From: Basidiobolus meristosporus CBS 931.73
Taxonomy: Eukaryota; Fungi; Basidiobolomycota
DNA: 64,000 nucleotides
Assembly: GCA_002104905.1 (NCBI GenBank)
Contig: MCFE01000137.1
Span: forward strand, 1 to 64,000
Direction: 5' to 3'
A program made the translations under genes and the position numbers. Below the pieces are notes generated by a model that was given only the letters and a program-made list of their open reading frames with translations, made no database searches and was not told the DNA's origin. Below are positions 50,150-62,407 of the stretch, piece after piece (position 1 is the first letter of the stretch; every line of letters begins with the position of its first letter).

Positions 50150-51591
50150 GGTTTTTCTCTCACAGGGATTACTACTGAAGCATTTGGTAGTGACTCACTT
50201 TGCACACATATACTACTTCCTGGCTGACTATCATCTTGGCTACTTGTGTATTTGTAGCCAGTATTTTGCCTCCTGGTTGATGAGTGCAATGCTGCAGCTT
50301 GGCCACGCTGAATTGCTGATGATGATGCTAGCAAACCAGCCTGAAGAGTAATTTCTAGTCCCCCTTATAGGAGTGCTCTGGCTCTTGTTGGTGCAACTTC
50401 TGTATTAAATGCTATAGAAATCAGCCATTGACTAGGGGAAACCTGGCATATTCTGGCAAAGTTATCTTAATGAAAATTAGTTACTTATTGCACACAACCC
50501 AACATTGCATTACCTAATTGATTACCAACACATTGGTGCTGCTTAGTCTGGAGTGCAACATGCTGACGTGTTCTTTTACTTGCCAAGGGCTCTGGTGGAT
50601 GAGGCACTTCATGTTGGTCATCATCAGTCAGTTCACCAGAAGCAACTTGCTGATGGTCAGGCAAAATGGCACATGCAGGCACGCCTTGACGCGTTGAGAT
50701 GGCCCTTGGCTGAGTTTGATGCGATGCTGCATGTTGACGCAACTTGGTTCACTCCAATGGACTTGTGTCCAAATGAGCAGTTTGGCAAGTTCTGGTAGTT
50801 TTGCTCTGAAGCACATGCATTGACCCAAGGCACATTGACTTGACTTGGGGCGCTCTGGTAAAGGGTGTTGGCGTAGTCTGGACTGACATGCACCGGCGCG
50901 CTGTGGTTGCAGGAGATGGTAAGGAATCCAGCAAGGCATACTGGCGCAATCTGGACAATGTTACTCGAGGTCTGTATTCTTCCACCTGAAGCTCACCATC
51001 TGATTCCTCAAGGTATTTACTTACCCTCTGTCTGATACTTTGAAGCTGTTGCCTGGATGAGTCCTGTGTATATTGCTTTTGGAAGCTACTTAGCTCTACT
51101 AATATATCATGCAGTACATTAGTCATTTGAGGCAAAAACTCATTCAAAATCTCTTTGGTTCCCAAAGTTGAGGCACAAATGGATGCATCTGGCCCGTACT
51201 GTGCAAATTGCATGCAAAATCATTGCCATGTGGCTTCTTCATCAAATCCCCTCACTCTCAGCTCATTCTTGATTTCAATACTTGTCTTGTTATATATCTT
51301 CTTACATACATCAGCTGGCATCTTGATGTAGAGCTCATGCCACAGCTTTCTACTCAAATTCTTCCATCTTTGTTGACTCTCCAAGGTATCTAGTTCTGCT
51401 AGATTAATTAGTGGTGCCCAAATATCTGTATGAAGGCTCATCATAGACACTTGGGCCATACTAAAATCATTTGGCAAGAACTCAAATGGATCCATCATTG
51501 ACTTTTCCGGTCTGGACCATGCTTGTGATCTGGGGGATGGGTTTTGTCTGGGTTGTACTAAAGATGAGTTGAGACTTGGTATGGGGACCAT
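50150..51591 (-). pseudogene. PHIS companion ORF, copy 2
   Basis: MVPIPSLNSSLVQPRQ... paralogue of 42723-41490; frameshifted. Confidence 0.7.
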
Positions 51592-51948
51592 AGCAACGGA
51601 TTTGGATACTTGTACAGCAGTGTATTGGTATCAACCTGGTCTTATATGAAATATATATGAAAACTAATGTGATTGTTGAATTTTCCATATTATGCATGAT
51701 GCATCTCAGATTGTGTTGACACAGAGGAGATTAAATCAATTGCAGATTTCCTATTTGATTGTAGACCTATGAGTAAAGCATCAATAAAAGTACCAAGGCA
51801 TTGTTTGTGGATGATTTTTGTGACATAATGATGGGATACATGGTAGTTGATGGAGATTTAATCATAATGCATTAAAAATCTGATAAATAACGCGGATTGC
51901 GCCAAATCAATTCAAACCACCCCCATACAACCATCCACCATTTTTAAT

Positions 51949-52832
51949 ATGAATTACTCATCTGAATGGTCTTTTCTCATCAATCCCATCACTACCACTG
52001 GATTTCCTTTTGACAAACTAGAGGAGATCTATTTCAAATACTGTGGACCATCAACCCCAATCTACTCAAGGAGATCCCTTGTTAAGCTTCTCTGCTATTA
52101 CAAGAGCTATTGCCCCACAAGGCTTTATCCCACCATCCATGGCAACAAAAGTCCTAGAAGCTTTCATTCCCAGCTGACAGCAATGGAGTGCCACCTTGCA
52201 GAGTGTATGAATGACTTAGAGCAAGCTTGGAATACTAGGTTCAGAAGCTCCAATAGACTTCCATATCCCAGAGTGTTCAGCAACAGGTTCCATATAAGGA
52301 GTATTTTTGATACCTTCCCAGTGAGGATTAACAGACCTTCTAGAGGGCAGGGGCACTTTTATTCTGGCAAGTACAAGGCACACTGTGTGAGGTTTCAAGC
52401 ACTGTCTGACATTGAGGGTAACATCATCTGGTTCAGTGGGCCTTTTGCTGGAAGTAGGCATGACAAAGCACTCTGGGTAGAGAATCATCCTGAGTTCAGT
52501 ATAGGGGAGAAATGTATGGCAGACTTAGCCTATATAGGAGAGGATTGTCACAGATTAGGATATATTACAGCTTATAGGAAGCCAAAGAATGGTAGCTTAG
52601 CAGGAAGCAGAAGCACTACAATGAGATATTTAATCATTTCAGAGTGAGGGTAGAGCACACCATTGGATATCTGAAGAGATTCAGCATGTTGGCAGGTAAA
52701 TACAGAGGAAAGTCATATATAGGAGAAAACAGCAAAATAGGTAAGATAGTTAAGATACTTATTAATGCACAGTATGCTCATACAAGAAGACATCCACTGA
52801 GAGAAATGTTTTTGGAGCATTATGAGGAGTAA
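51949..52832 (+). pseudogene. DDE_Tnp_4 (PIF/Harbinger-IS5-like) transposase, copy 2, with a frameshift near the C-terminus
   Basis: 232-aa ORF plus an overlapping 62-aa frame: IFDTFP, YSGKYKAH, GSRHD, MADLAYIG, RVEHTIGYLKRFSML. Confidence 0.92.
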
Positions 52833-55800
52833 ATAAAGCAAGTAAAGCACTATTCTGAGCAACATAAATAAGATTGAGTAAAATTACCAGAAACTGTATC
52901 ATACCACTAGCATCATGGTTGAAATTATAGTGCCAGATAGTGCTGTAGGGAGCCAGATTGATCTGGCATTATAAACAGGCTGGCACTATATGGCACTATC
53001 CAACGGAACAATTCTAGTAACAGGAAAGGAAGTTGAGCCCAAAGGAACATGAGAAGATGTGGAGATGTTTCATGAGAAGGAGAGAAAGGCCTTCAATGCC
53101 ATATGCATCAATGTGCAAGATTCCTTCATTGGACAAATCCATGCCTCAAATACTGCCAAAGCAGCATGGGAATCCTTGAAGAAGATCTTTAGAGCAAAGT
53201 CAGTATGAAGCAAGCTTTATTTAAAACAAAAGTTCTTCAACATGAGGAAGATGCCAGATGATGACATGCTGCAACTCATTACCAGAATGGGGACAACTGA
53301 AGAAGAACTTTACAGTATTAATGCTGGCATAGATGATGAGGAAAAGATACTCTGTCTGCTTTGCAGCTTACCAGACAAGTATGAGCCACTCATACTTTCC
53401 TTTGAAAGCAGAGAAGACAATCTGACTTTAGACTATGTCAAAGGAAGACTTCTTCATGAAGAACTCAGATGTAATGATCAAGCAGAGAAAATTGAAGATA
53501 ATGCTTTATTCAGTTCAGAAAGGCATAGAGAAAAGAAGGGAAAGCAACAAAACCAAAGAAAGCCTGGCTGCTGTAACTACTCTAAAAAGCCAGGACACTG
53601 GGCAAGAGAATGCAAGAAGATACAAGCAGATAAAAAACCAAAACAAGAACAGGCAAACCATATAACTACTGATGAAGACATGGCATAGCAGGCTAGGACA
53701 CATAGGGGAACAGAAAATGAGCTAATTAATGAAGAATCAACTAGTTTTGGGCCCAAATTACGCAATTCCAATTAAATTGAATGTCTGTAAGGGATGCTCA
53801 TATGGCAAACAAGCTAGGCAACATTTCAAGAGCTCAGGAGGCATCAATACCACCAAAATATTGACTATTGTACACTCAGACATATGTGGCCCCATGAGAA
53901 CACTGTCCTTGGAGCCAAGAGATGCTTTATGACATTTATTGATGACAAGAGAAGATATACATGGGTGTACTTCCTCAAAACAAAGGATGAAGCTTTAGAG
54001 ACGTTTAAGCACTTCAAGAACATGACAGAAACACAAACTGGGTGTGAATTAAAGGTACTACAAAGTGACAATGGAGGGGAATACTGCTCAAAGGAGTTTC
54101 CGAAATACTGCTCATCTACTGGTATACTTCAATAGACCACTGTTCCTCATACTCCACAGCAAAGGAGTAGCAGAACGTGCAAACAGAACCATAGTAGTGA
54201 TGGAAAGATGTATGCTACAAGAAAAGGGGATGGACTACAAGTTTTGGGCTGAATCTGTTGCTACCGCAGTATACATCAAGAACAGATGCCCAACAACAGC
54301 ACTACATGATTCTACAGCTTTTGAAGCAGATACAGGCAAAAAACCAGATCTCCACCATCTTAGGATCTTTGGCTGTGATGTTTTTTATCACATCCCTGAC
54401 TAAAAACGCTCTAAGTTGGAACCAAAGACTAGGAAAGGGATCTTTCTTGGGTATTGTGAGGATACTAAAGGGTATAGAGTGTATGATGGTAAAATTCAGA
54501 AGCTGATCAAGAGCAGGGACATTGTATTTGAGGAGAATTCAGATCAGAATACCACTGAAATTATTGGCCAGCTGCCTGATGATGTAATCAACACCAATGA
54601 AGAAGATACATACCTCATTCAGCCAAATACGGATGATAAATCTACAAGCTCCATATCAGAGCAGATTATCCCAGTTAGGAGATCTATCAGGATAAGAAAT
54701 GCCCCTGGATCCTGGTGGTAGACATCCAATGATCATGAAGAAGCTTATCTTGACTAATGTGCCAAACCTCAGAATCTGGGACAGGCAATGCAAAGTCCAG
54801 ATGCTACTATGTGGCAACAAGCCATGCAGGAGGAGTACCAATCACTGATCAAGGCAAAAACATGGGAACTGGTAGATTTACCAAATGGGAGAAAGCCAAT
54901 AGGATGCAGATGGGTCTACAAGATCAAGATAACCTCTGATGGTGCTGTTGATAAGTACAAGGCTAGATTGGTTGCTAAAGGCAATTCCCAGATCCAAGGA
55001 CTAGACTTTAAGGAAACATTTGATCCGGTTGCCAAGTTTAACTTCATTAGGACAGTTCTAGCCCTGGCAGCTGTACTCAGTCTCAATCAACACCAAGTGG
55101 GCATCAAAACAGCCTTTCTAAATGGGGTATTGCAAGAAACTATAAATATGGAGCAACCCAAAGGTTTTACCAATCCAAAAGATGGCCATAAGGTGTGCAA
55201 ACTTAGAAAATTGTTGTTTGGGCTTAAGCAGGCACTGAGAGCATAGTATTACAAGATTGACACATATCTAGAGGAAATTGGGTTCTGTTGTAGCACTGCA
55301 GATCACAGAGCATATGTGAAACAGCTCAGAAAGGGTGTGATCATCCTAGTTCTTTATGTGGACAACCTAATTATAGCTACAAGTGACCAAGAGGCACTTA
55401 AACTGACAAAATCAGATCTCTTCAGCAAGTTTGAGATAAAAGATCTTTGAAAATTGAGCAATTTTCTTGGAATTGAAGTCAAATTCAACATACCTATGCA
55501 GAAAATTGTGCTGAATCAACCTTGGTACATCAGAGACATTCTTAGATGCTTCAAAATGAAAAATTGCAAGCCTGCAGCTACCTCTATGGACAATAACCTG
55601 AAATTAGGCAAATTTCAGCCAGTTTTAGATGAAATTGGCTACAATATGAATCAAAACTTTCCCTATCAATTAATGGTTGGTAGCCTGATGTACTTGATGG
55701 TGTCTACACATCCAAGTATTGCAGTGGCAGTTGGAATATTCAGTCAGTTCATGCAAAACTATGAATCAGATCAAATTGCAGCAGTTAAGCAGATTTTCAG

Positions 55801-56461
55801 ATATCTGCAGGGTACCATAAATATGGTACTGGAATATTCTGGACCAGCTAATAGTCAAATATTTGATGGTTATATTGATTCAGATTGGGGCAGGGATCTG
55901 ATTGACAGACGCTCTACCACAGGGTATGTATTTCTCTATGCTGGTGCAGCTATTACTTGGAACTGCAAGAAACAACCAACTGTGGCCCTATCTTCAACTG
56001 AAGCTGAATATATGGCTACATGTCAAGCAACTAATGAATCCATTTGGCTGGAAAAATTACTCAAAGACTTAGGTATTAATTTGGATGAACCAACATGTAT
56101 TTACAAGGATAATCAGAGTTGTATTTCATTAGCTAGAAATCCTACAAATGATGCCAGAACTAAGCATATAGATATACAACACTACTTTGTAGGGGAAGCT
56201 GTAGAAAATAACTTAGTGGAGTTAGTTTACTGCCCAACTGACAAAATGGTGCCAGGCATATTGACAAAACCACTTGCTAGGCCACAGCTTGAGTTCATTA
56301 GAGAGAAACTGGGATTAAGAAATTATTTAGTTGAGGGGGAGTGTTGAAATATTGGGCTATTTGGTATCATTCAGCAGCTAAAAATTTACTTAACAATTCT
56401 GGACTAGTCTTGTTCACTGTGGGACTTATTTACAGCTCTAGCTTTGCCACTTTCTTCAGAT

Positions 56462-57357
56462 TTTTGCACTCATCAACTAGGAGGCAAAATACTCACTACA
56501 AATGAACAAATAGCCAAGATGATAGTCAGCCAGGAAGTAGTATAGGTGTGCAAAGTGAGTCACTACCAAATGCTTCAGTAGTAATCCCTGCGAGAAAAAA
56601 ACCCAGGAGAAGATGATGCAGTCACTTTGAATCGCTATTATTTGTAATGATCCCAACAACCCATTTTTTTCAATCCAAATCAAGCCATTGCAAATCAGTG
56701 ATCATCGATTTTTTGATATAAGTAATATCAAGGTCATCTCACATTTGAGACAGAACCCCTTTAAATAAACACCCTGCATATATATACATCATCTGTAGTG
56801 CTAGTGCAGCTATTGGATCTGTTTTGCACCTACCCAAATGCTTGTATGCTAGCTATGACACCTTGTCCAATCACTAGGATCAGGGATTTACTTGTTCAAT
56901 GGGCAAAATGGAATATTAGATGGCAAATCAGGTAGCTTGTTTAGTGGCCAATGAGCCAATTGGGGGCTGCCAGCTTCAGGATACTTTTGGACCAATTAAT
57001 CACTAGGATACCGTCCAATTGGAGTGATGGTAACCAAAATGGTAAGTATCAGTGTAGTTTATAGTGTGATACACATTTATTTCCATTTATATTAAAGAAA
57101 CATATCCAAATACCGGATTTTACCTGCCAAAATAGTGGTATCCAATTGCACACATGATGCAAACATTACAAGTTGGCGCAATCATCCGTGCCAACCTCAT
57201 TGTGTCAGATTGTGCCATAGTGTGCGAGATTGTCTCACATGGCTCAAAATTATCCAAGAACAATCCTGCCTACTGGTAGCTATAATATTGCGCCCAGTTG
57301 TTCTTTATAACCGTGGATTGCGCCACGCACCCTGGCACAGTACAATGGAACAAGTCT
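56462..57357 (-). mobile_element. Left-end fragment of the PHIS element, inverted
   Basis: Reverse complement of about 49396-50290; ends TACAATGGAACAAGTCT|ATT. Confidence 0.85.
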
Positions 57358-57374
57358 ATTTTGTTGAGAGGGAG

Positions 57375-57743
57375 TGTTGAAATATTGGACTATTTGGTAT
57401 CATTCTGCAGCTAAAAATTTACTTAACAATTTTGGGCTAGTCGTGGTCACTGTGGGACTAATTTACAGCTCTAGCTTTGCCACTTTCTTCAGATCCATGA
57501 TCTTATGATTATTCCCCTGTAGTCAGGATCAAATTAGCACAAATACCAACTATTATGTACTAACCCTGAAACTGTTACACAATGCTCCTGAACACTGAGA
57601 AACCCTGCTTACTTAGTGTTACAGCTGTATTAATTCTACAAAGGTATAAGTACTGAGCTTCTTTATCAATAAACAACAGTTCAACCATTATCACTATTTC
57701 TTGATAAGTTCCTTATATCCAAATCACTTCTTAAATTGCAACT
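57375..57743 (+). repeat. Copia family B 3' LTR with PPT (TTGAGAGGGAG)
   Basis: Full match to 48037-48405. Confidence 0.9.
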
Positions 57744-57749
57744 GAAGCT

Positions 57750-58560
57750 GCATGCAATATAATTCTGTGCGCAAATTACACAGCACAGACTGAATGTATC
57801 TGTTTGTGCCTCAACTTTGGGAGCCAAGGAGGCTCAGAATGAGCTTTGCCCTATAGGACCTTGTCCTGGGTGATATATTAGTAGGGCCAAGTGGCTTTGA
57901 AGAGCATAATATACTGGACTCAGCAAGGAAGCAGCCCAAAAATAACAGGCAGAGTGTAGGTTGATATCATAGGGGATCAGAAGGTGAGCTTCAAGAGGAG
58001 AAGTGGAGACCACAAGCAACTATATTGGGATTGCACCAGCATGCCTGGCTGGATTCCTTACCATCTTTTGCAATGCTATCATGCTGGCCTGCATTAGTCA
58101 AATCTATAATATAAGACCAGGGATGTCATGTGATCATGACATTAGACACAAGTCTATTAGAGCGGGCCAGGTTGCAGCAGCATGTTGCACCACATTGAAC
58201 TTACCTTAAGGCCATACCTACACATTAAATTGCAGCTGTGTATGCTGTTACACCTGACCATCAGCAAGTTACACTGATGTACTGACTTGCAATGTCTTAT
58301 AGGAAGTGGCCCAGAATGTGTCAGCATGCGGCACTTCAGGCTGGTTTAGTAGCATCATCATCAGCAATTCAGTGTGGCCAAGTGCCAGCACCTCACTCAT
58401 CAAGCAGGAGGCAAAATACTGACTACCAGCACACCAGTAGCCAAGATGATCATCAACAAGGAGGTAGCTGAGGTACGCAAAATGAAGCACTACCTAATGC
58501 GTCAGTAGTAATCCTGGTGAGAAGAAAACCTAGGAGAATACAATGCAAATGCATTGAATA
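57750..58560 (+). pseudogene. Diverged third copy of the PHIS companion ORF, lacking the 207-bp CACTA insert
   Basis: GTATCTGTTTGTGCCTCAACTTTGGG...; CAGCATGCGGCACTTCAGGCTGGTTT is contiguous here but split in copy 2. Confidence 0.7.
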
Positions 58561-58599
58561 TCTATAATATGTCATGATCCAAAGAGCAAGTTCCCTTCT

Positions 58600-60742
58600 G
58601 CAGCTTCTTGCCTGTCAGATGCAGCTTTACAGTGGTACCCCAACAAGATCAGGTGAGCTACCACAATGACATGCTCTACACTCTCTACCTGGGATGAGTT
58701 TGTGTTGGTAATTCAGGATACTTTTGAGCCCCACACCAGCAGATACTACTAAGAAGAAAGTTAAAGACATGGAGACAGACATTAGAAGAGACAAATAGAT
58801 CAGTTATTGGAGAAAGGATAAATCAGTCCCAGCAAGTTACCTTGTGAGGAACCAGTACCCTTTGTGAAAAAGAAGGATGACACACCCAGGTTGTCATTGA
58901 CACAGAGCCCTCAACTTAGTTACAGTGAAGAATAAGTACCCTATACCTGGGTTTGATGAGCTTTTGGACCAATGTTTTCAGCAAAATTGACCTCATGTTA
59001 GGATACAATCAGATTATGGTGAAGCCAGAAGACATCCCTGAGACAGCATTCAGGACCAAATATGGGCATTACAAGTATCACCCCTTGGAATGGTTTCCTA
59101 TTATTGGGCATTTGTCAAGTCCAGTGCAAGTATTGCAGCACCATCAACTGATATCCTCAAGAAAGACAATATCTACAAGTGGGATATAGGCTGTAAGACT
59201 TGTGCTACAGGATGAAACACTCTACCGGATTGTTGATGGAAGCCCTATTGCCTATTGCCCTTATGTTGCTTGCCAGAGTTTAATACATATGCTACACAAT
59301 GGATTTAGACATCTTCAAATTGAAGGAACCTATAGCCTTGTGAACACCAGAGTATGGTTACCCAGAATGCAACAAGACATTGAGAAGCTAGTGAAAACAT
59401 GCCCAAATTGCCAAATCAACCAAGGCCTACCACAGAGAACTGCTGAACTCTTTCCCTTGGAGCCTGTAAGACCATTTGAAAGATGGGAAATTGACCTGAT
59501 TGGAAGACTGCCAATGACCTTCAAATGCAATCATTGGATCCTAGTAGCAATTGACCATGCCACTAAATGGCCAGTGGCTAAAGCAGCACATGTAGCCAGT
59601 GAACAAGTAGTTGCAAGTTTCATATACCCTGAGATCCTTATAGCATCTGGATGCTCTGTAGAGATTGTAACCAATAGAGGAGCAACTTTATGGCAAAGAC
59701 ATTGGAAGCTTACCTGGAAATGCAGCACATCAGACACTTGAAAACCTTGGCACATCATCCTAGAACTAATGGAAGCACAGAGCAGTTTAATGGAATATTT
59801 GGAAAAATGCTGACCAAGTATCCAAATGGAGCTTTCAGTAGATGGGATGAGTATATAAACCAAGCTCTTTTTGCATGCAGAGTTAGAGTACACAAAACCA
59901 CCCAACAATTGCCATTTTACTTAGTGTATGGATGCAAACCAAGGATTCCAGGAGATCTCACACAACTAAAGCTTACAAACACCTTAGAAGATTAGCTCAG
60001 TCAGCCAAGTAGACACCATCTATTGGAATAAAGATGTCAAGAGGCACAGGCCAAGGTATCTCAAAGTGCAGAAAAGTTGAAGCAGAGATTTGATATGACT
60101 ATATCACCAGAAGCATTGACAGTTGGAAACATTGTATTGCTGAGAAACAATACTTGGAAGAAGTTTGAGCCACAATGGACAAGACCTTTTAAGATCATTG
60201 GAGAATGTCCATTTGCAACTTACCAACTAGTGGACAAACTAGGGAATACCAGGAAAGAATTAGTCCATAGAGACAAACTCAAGCTTGCAAGACTTGCCAA
60301 CAACACTGAACCATCAAGATATTTGCATAACAAGAAAAGAGATTCAGGAGAACCTTCTCAACTTTAGCAAGGGAGAATGTTGCAATCTACTGCTTGAATG
60401 TTTAACTTATACCAGTTTTTAGTCAAATCAATTAGTTATATGTTTAGCCTATCAGTATATCAGGGCTATCTGTCAAATCAGCAGCATTAGTCAGCAAATG
60501 ATTCACCAGATCCTTATCAGAATGAAATAGATGTTAAGTAGGATCTTATTGGGTGATGCTGATGCAATCAAATGAGTCATCAGCCACAACCTACATTAGG
60601 AAATACACATAGTCAGCAATTCTTCTGGCAAAATGTATATAAGGAGCTGCTGGAACCTCAATAATGATCAGTTCAAGTTTTAGTAAATATAAAATAGAAA
60701 ACCCACTATTTCTCTACAACTCTTATATCAAAACTTGTAACA
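58600..60742 (+). mobile_element. Ty3/gypsy relic: RT fragment, integrase, PPT and 3' LTR (60378-60742)
   Basis: [24 protein letters not shown]; H..H..C..C zinc site; WEIDLIG, HHPRTNG; AAGGGAGAA then TGTTGCA...TGTAACA. Confidence 0.9.
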
Positions 60743-60779
60743 TATGTAACTGGCAACATATCACCCAGCAACCATACTG

Positions 60780-62280
60780 CTACCAGCATGTGCCAACAGT
60801 TGTATGACACTCATATAAGAAAATTCTACTATTGCAGGGAGTTCAGCTTGGCAGGAATCCATCACCATGGGAGGCATTTGTCACTCACACACCAGATATA
60901 GTCAGTAATATGCCATCAAAAGAAGCTTATGCAATCCAATAAATATTATGAAGCTATAAAGTACCAACTTAATATCAATCAAATGCAAAATTTCCAACAT
61001 ATTTGTTGGCAAACAGTATTAATAATTAAGCTGAGTGGACTATACTCTAAGGTGTCATGCTTGCAGGAGGGTTTTCCTCTTTGTCATGGGATGATCAATG
61101 TCTCTGGCTGGTGGTTAGCTCACTAATTCATCTGGAAGCATGTTTGAATATTCCTTCAAGAGAGTCTGCACTTTCTGGGGAGCCGCAAGAGAGGAATGCC
61201 CTTACACTATTACCATGACAAGCATCTGGATGACTTTACTAAGCACTCTGCAGAAATGTTTCTTGCTAAGTTTGCATGTACCATGCATACTGGAGTTAAC
61301 CAAGTTCAGATCCATTCTTGGAGGTAGTAGCTTCTAGGTCTGGCTGTCTTTTTGGACCAAAATGGGATGGGTTATCCAAATGATTGATGGATTACTAGGG
61401 AAAAGCCATGTTTATTGAAGTGCCAGGCCAAATCTGCAAATACAATGACCTCTAGGTCTACTTCATATTCACAGAACTGTTTTCCTACTGGCTGAGTGAT
61501 ATGGCTTATTAAGTGAAATTTCCCTTCAGTTATTGACACTGGAGCTGATTTGATGGGTTTTAAGTTGATTCCAGCTTCCATAGCAAAGGGGTCTGACATA
61601 TACACAGGTGAAGCCCCTGAGACAAGCATGGTCTTGCTGCATACTCAATTGATTGTACCATTTGAGTAAAATAGCTTCTCTGGGTTTGAGATCAGTTGGG
61701 AGCAGTACTCCTCTGTTACATATAAGGCAAGTTCTGAGTCTTCTTCCAGTTTGTCCACCATATTACTATGTACTTGGGCTTTAATATTGCTGAAGGTTCT
61801 AGTTGAATAGTGTCCATTTCTTCTCTTATAGCAGTACTTCAAGATAGGCCTATGCTAACAGCAGTTGAAACTATGTACTTTGTTCTCACAATCTCCGGAG
61901 CTGGGATTGTATTCATAGTATCTTTTTTTGTTGGCGCTGCTACTGATTGTCTTCTTTCCTAGTGATTGTAACTTATTGAATTAGTCACTGTAGGCATTTC
62001 AACTCCAAACATAGTTGAGTCATAGTTGATGGCAATCTTGATGGCTTCTTTAATGGCCCAAGGACTCTGAGAGCTCACTTCCTTGTGAATTCTTTCTGTC
62101 AACTTAAAAATTCATCCCAACTAGAGAGAGTGGAGCATCCAATCATGATGGGTGCCCTGAGCTTGCTGTAGTACTGCTGCAGAGCTGCATCTGCCAAGTA
62201 AGAAACTGCATGATGCATCCTTTCACTCCACCAATTCCTTTAGCCTGTTACAAGTCTTGCAGAGGAATTGGGAGTTAAGA
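60780..62280 (-). pseudogene. Ty3/gypsy gag-protease-pre-RT-RNase H relic, inverted
   Basis: MLVSGAS (degenerate protease DSGA), LLKEYSNMLPDELVS*PPARDIDH, AELPAIVE. Confidence 0.7.
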
Positions 62281-62407
62281 TAGTATTGTATTCACTAAAA
62301 CTTGAACTGATCTTTATTGAGGTTCCAGCAGATCCTTATTTTCATTTTTCCAGATTAATTGCTGACTAATTGTATTTTCTAATATAGGCTGTGGCTGATG
62401 ACTCATT

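Larger units (their letters stand above)
49396..53015 (+). mobile_element. Full-length PHIS-superfamily DNA transposon (3620 bp), TIR AGACTTGTTCC, TSD AGT
   Basis: AGT|AGACTTGTTCCATTG ... CAACGGAACAATTCT|AGT. Removal restores TGG AAT ATA GTA ACA GGA in copia gag. Transposase at 51949-52832 (+), companion ORF at about 50150-51591 (-). Confidence 0.92.
48916..56461 (+). mobile_element. Ty1/copia retrotransposon, family B, with both LTRs truncated and gag split by a PHIS element
   Basis: LTR 48916-49229; PBS GGTTATGAGCCC at 49230; gag FDGKNYRLWRIKM...WNI|VTGKE; integrase (SDNGGEY, AERANRT); RT YKARLVAKG; RNase H DSDWG..TEAEY; PPT TTGAGGGGGAG; 3' LTR from 56342. Confidence 0.93.
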
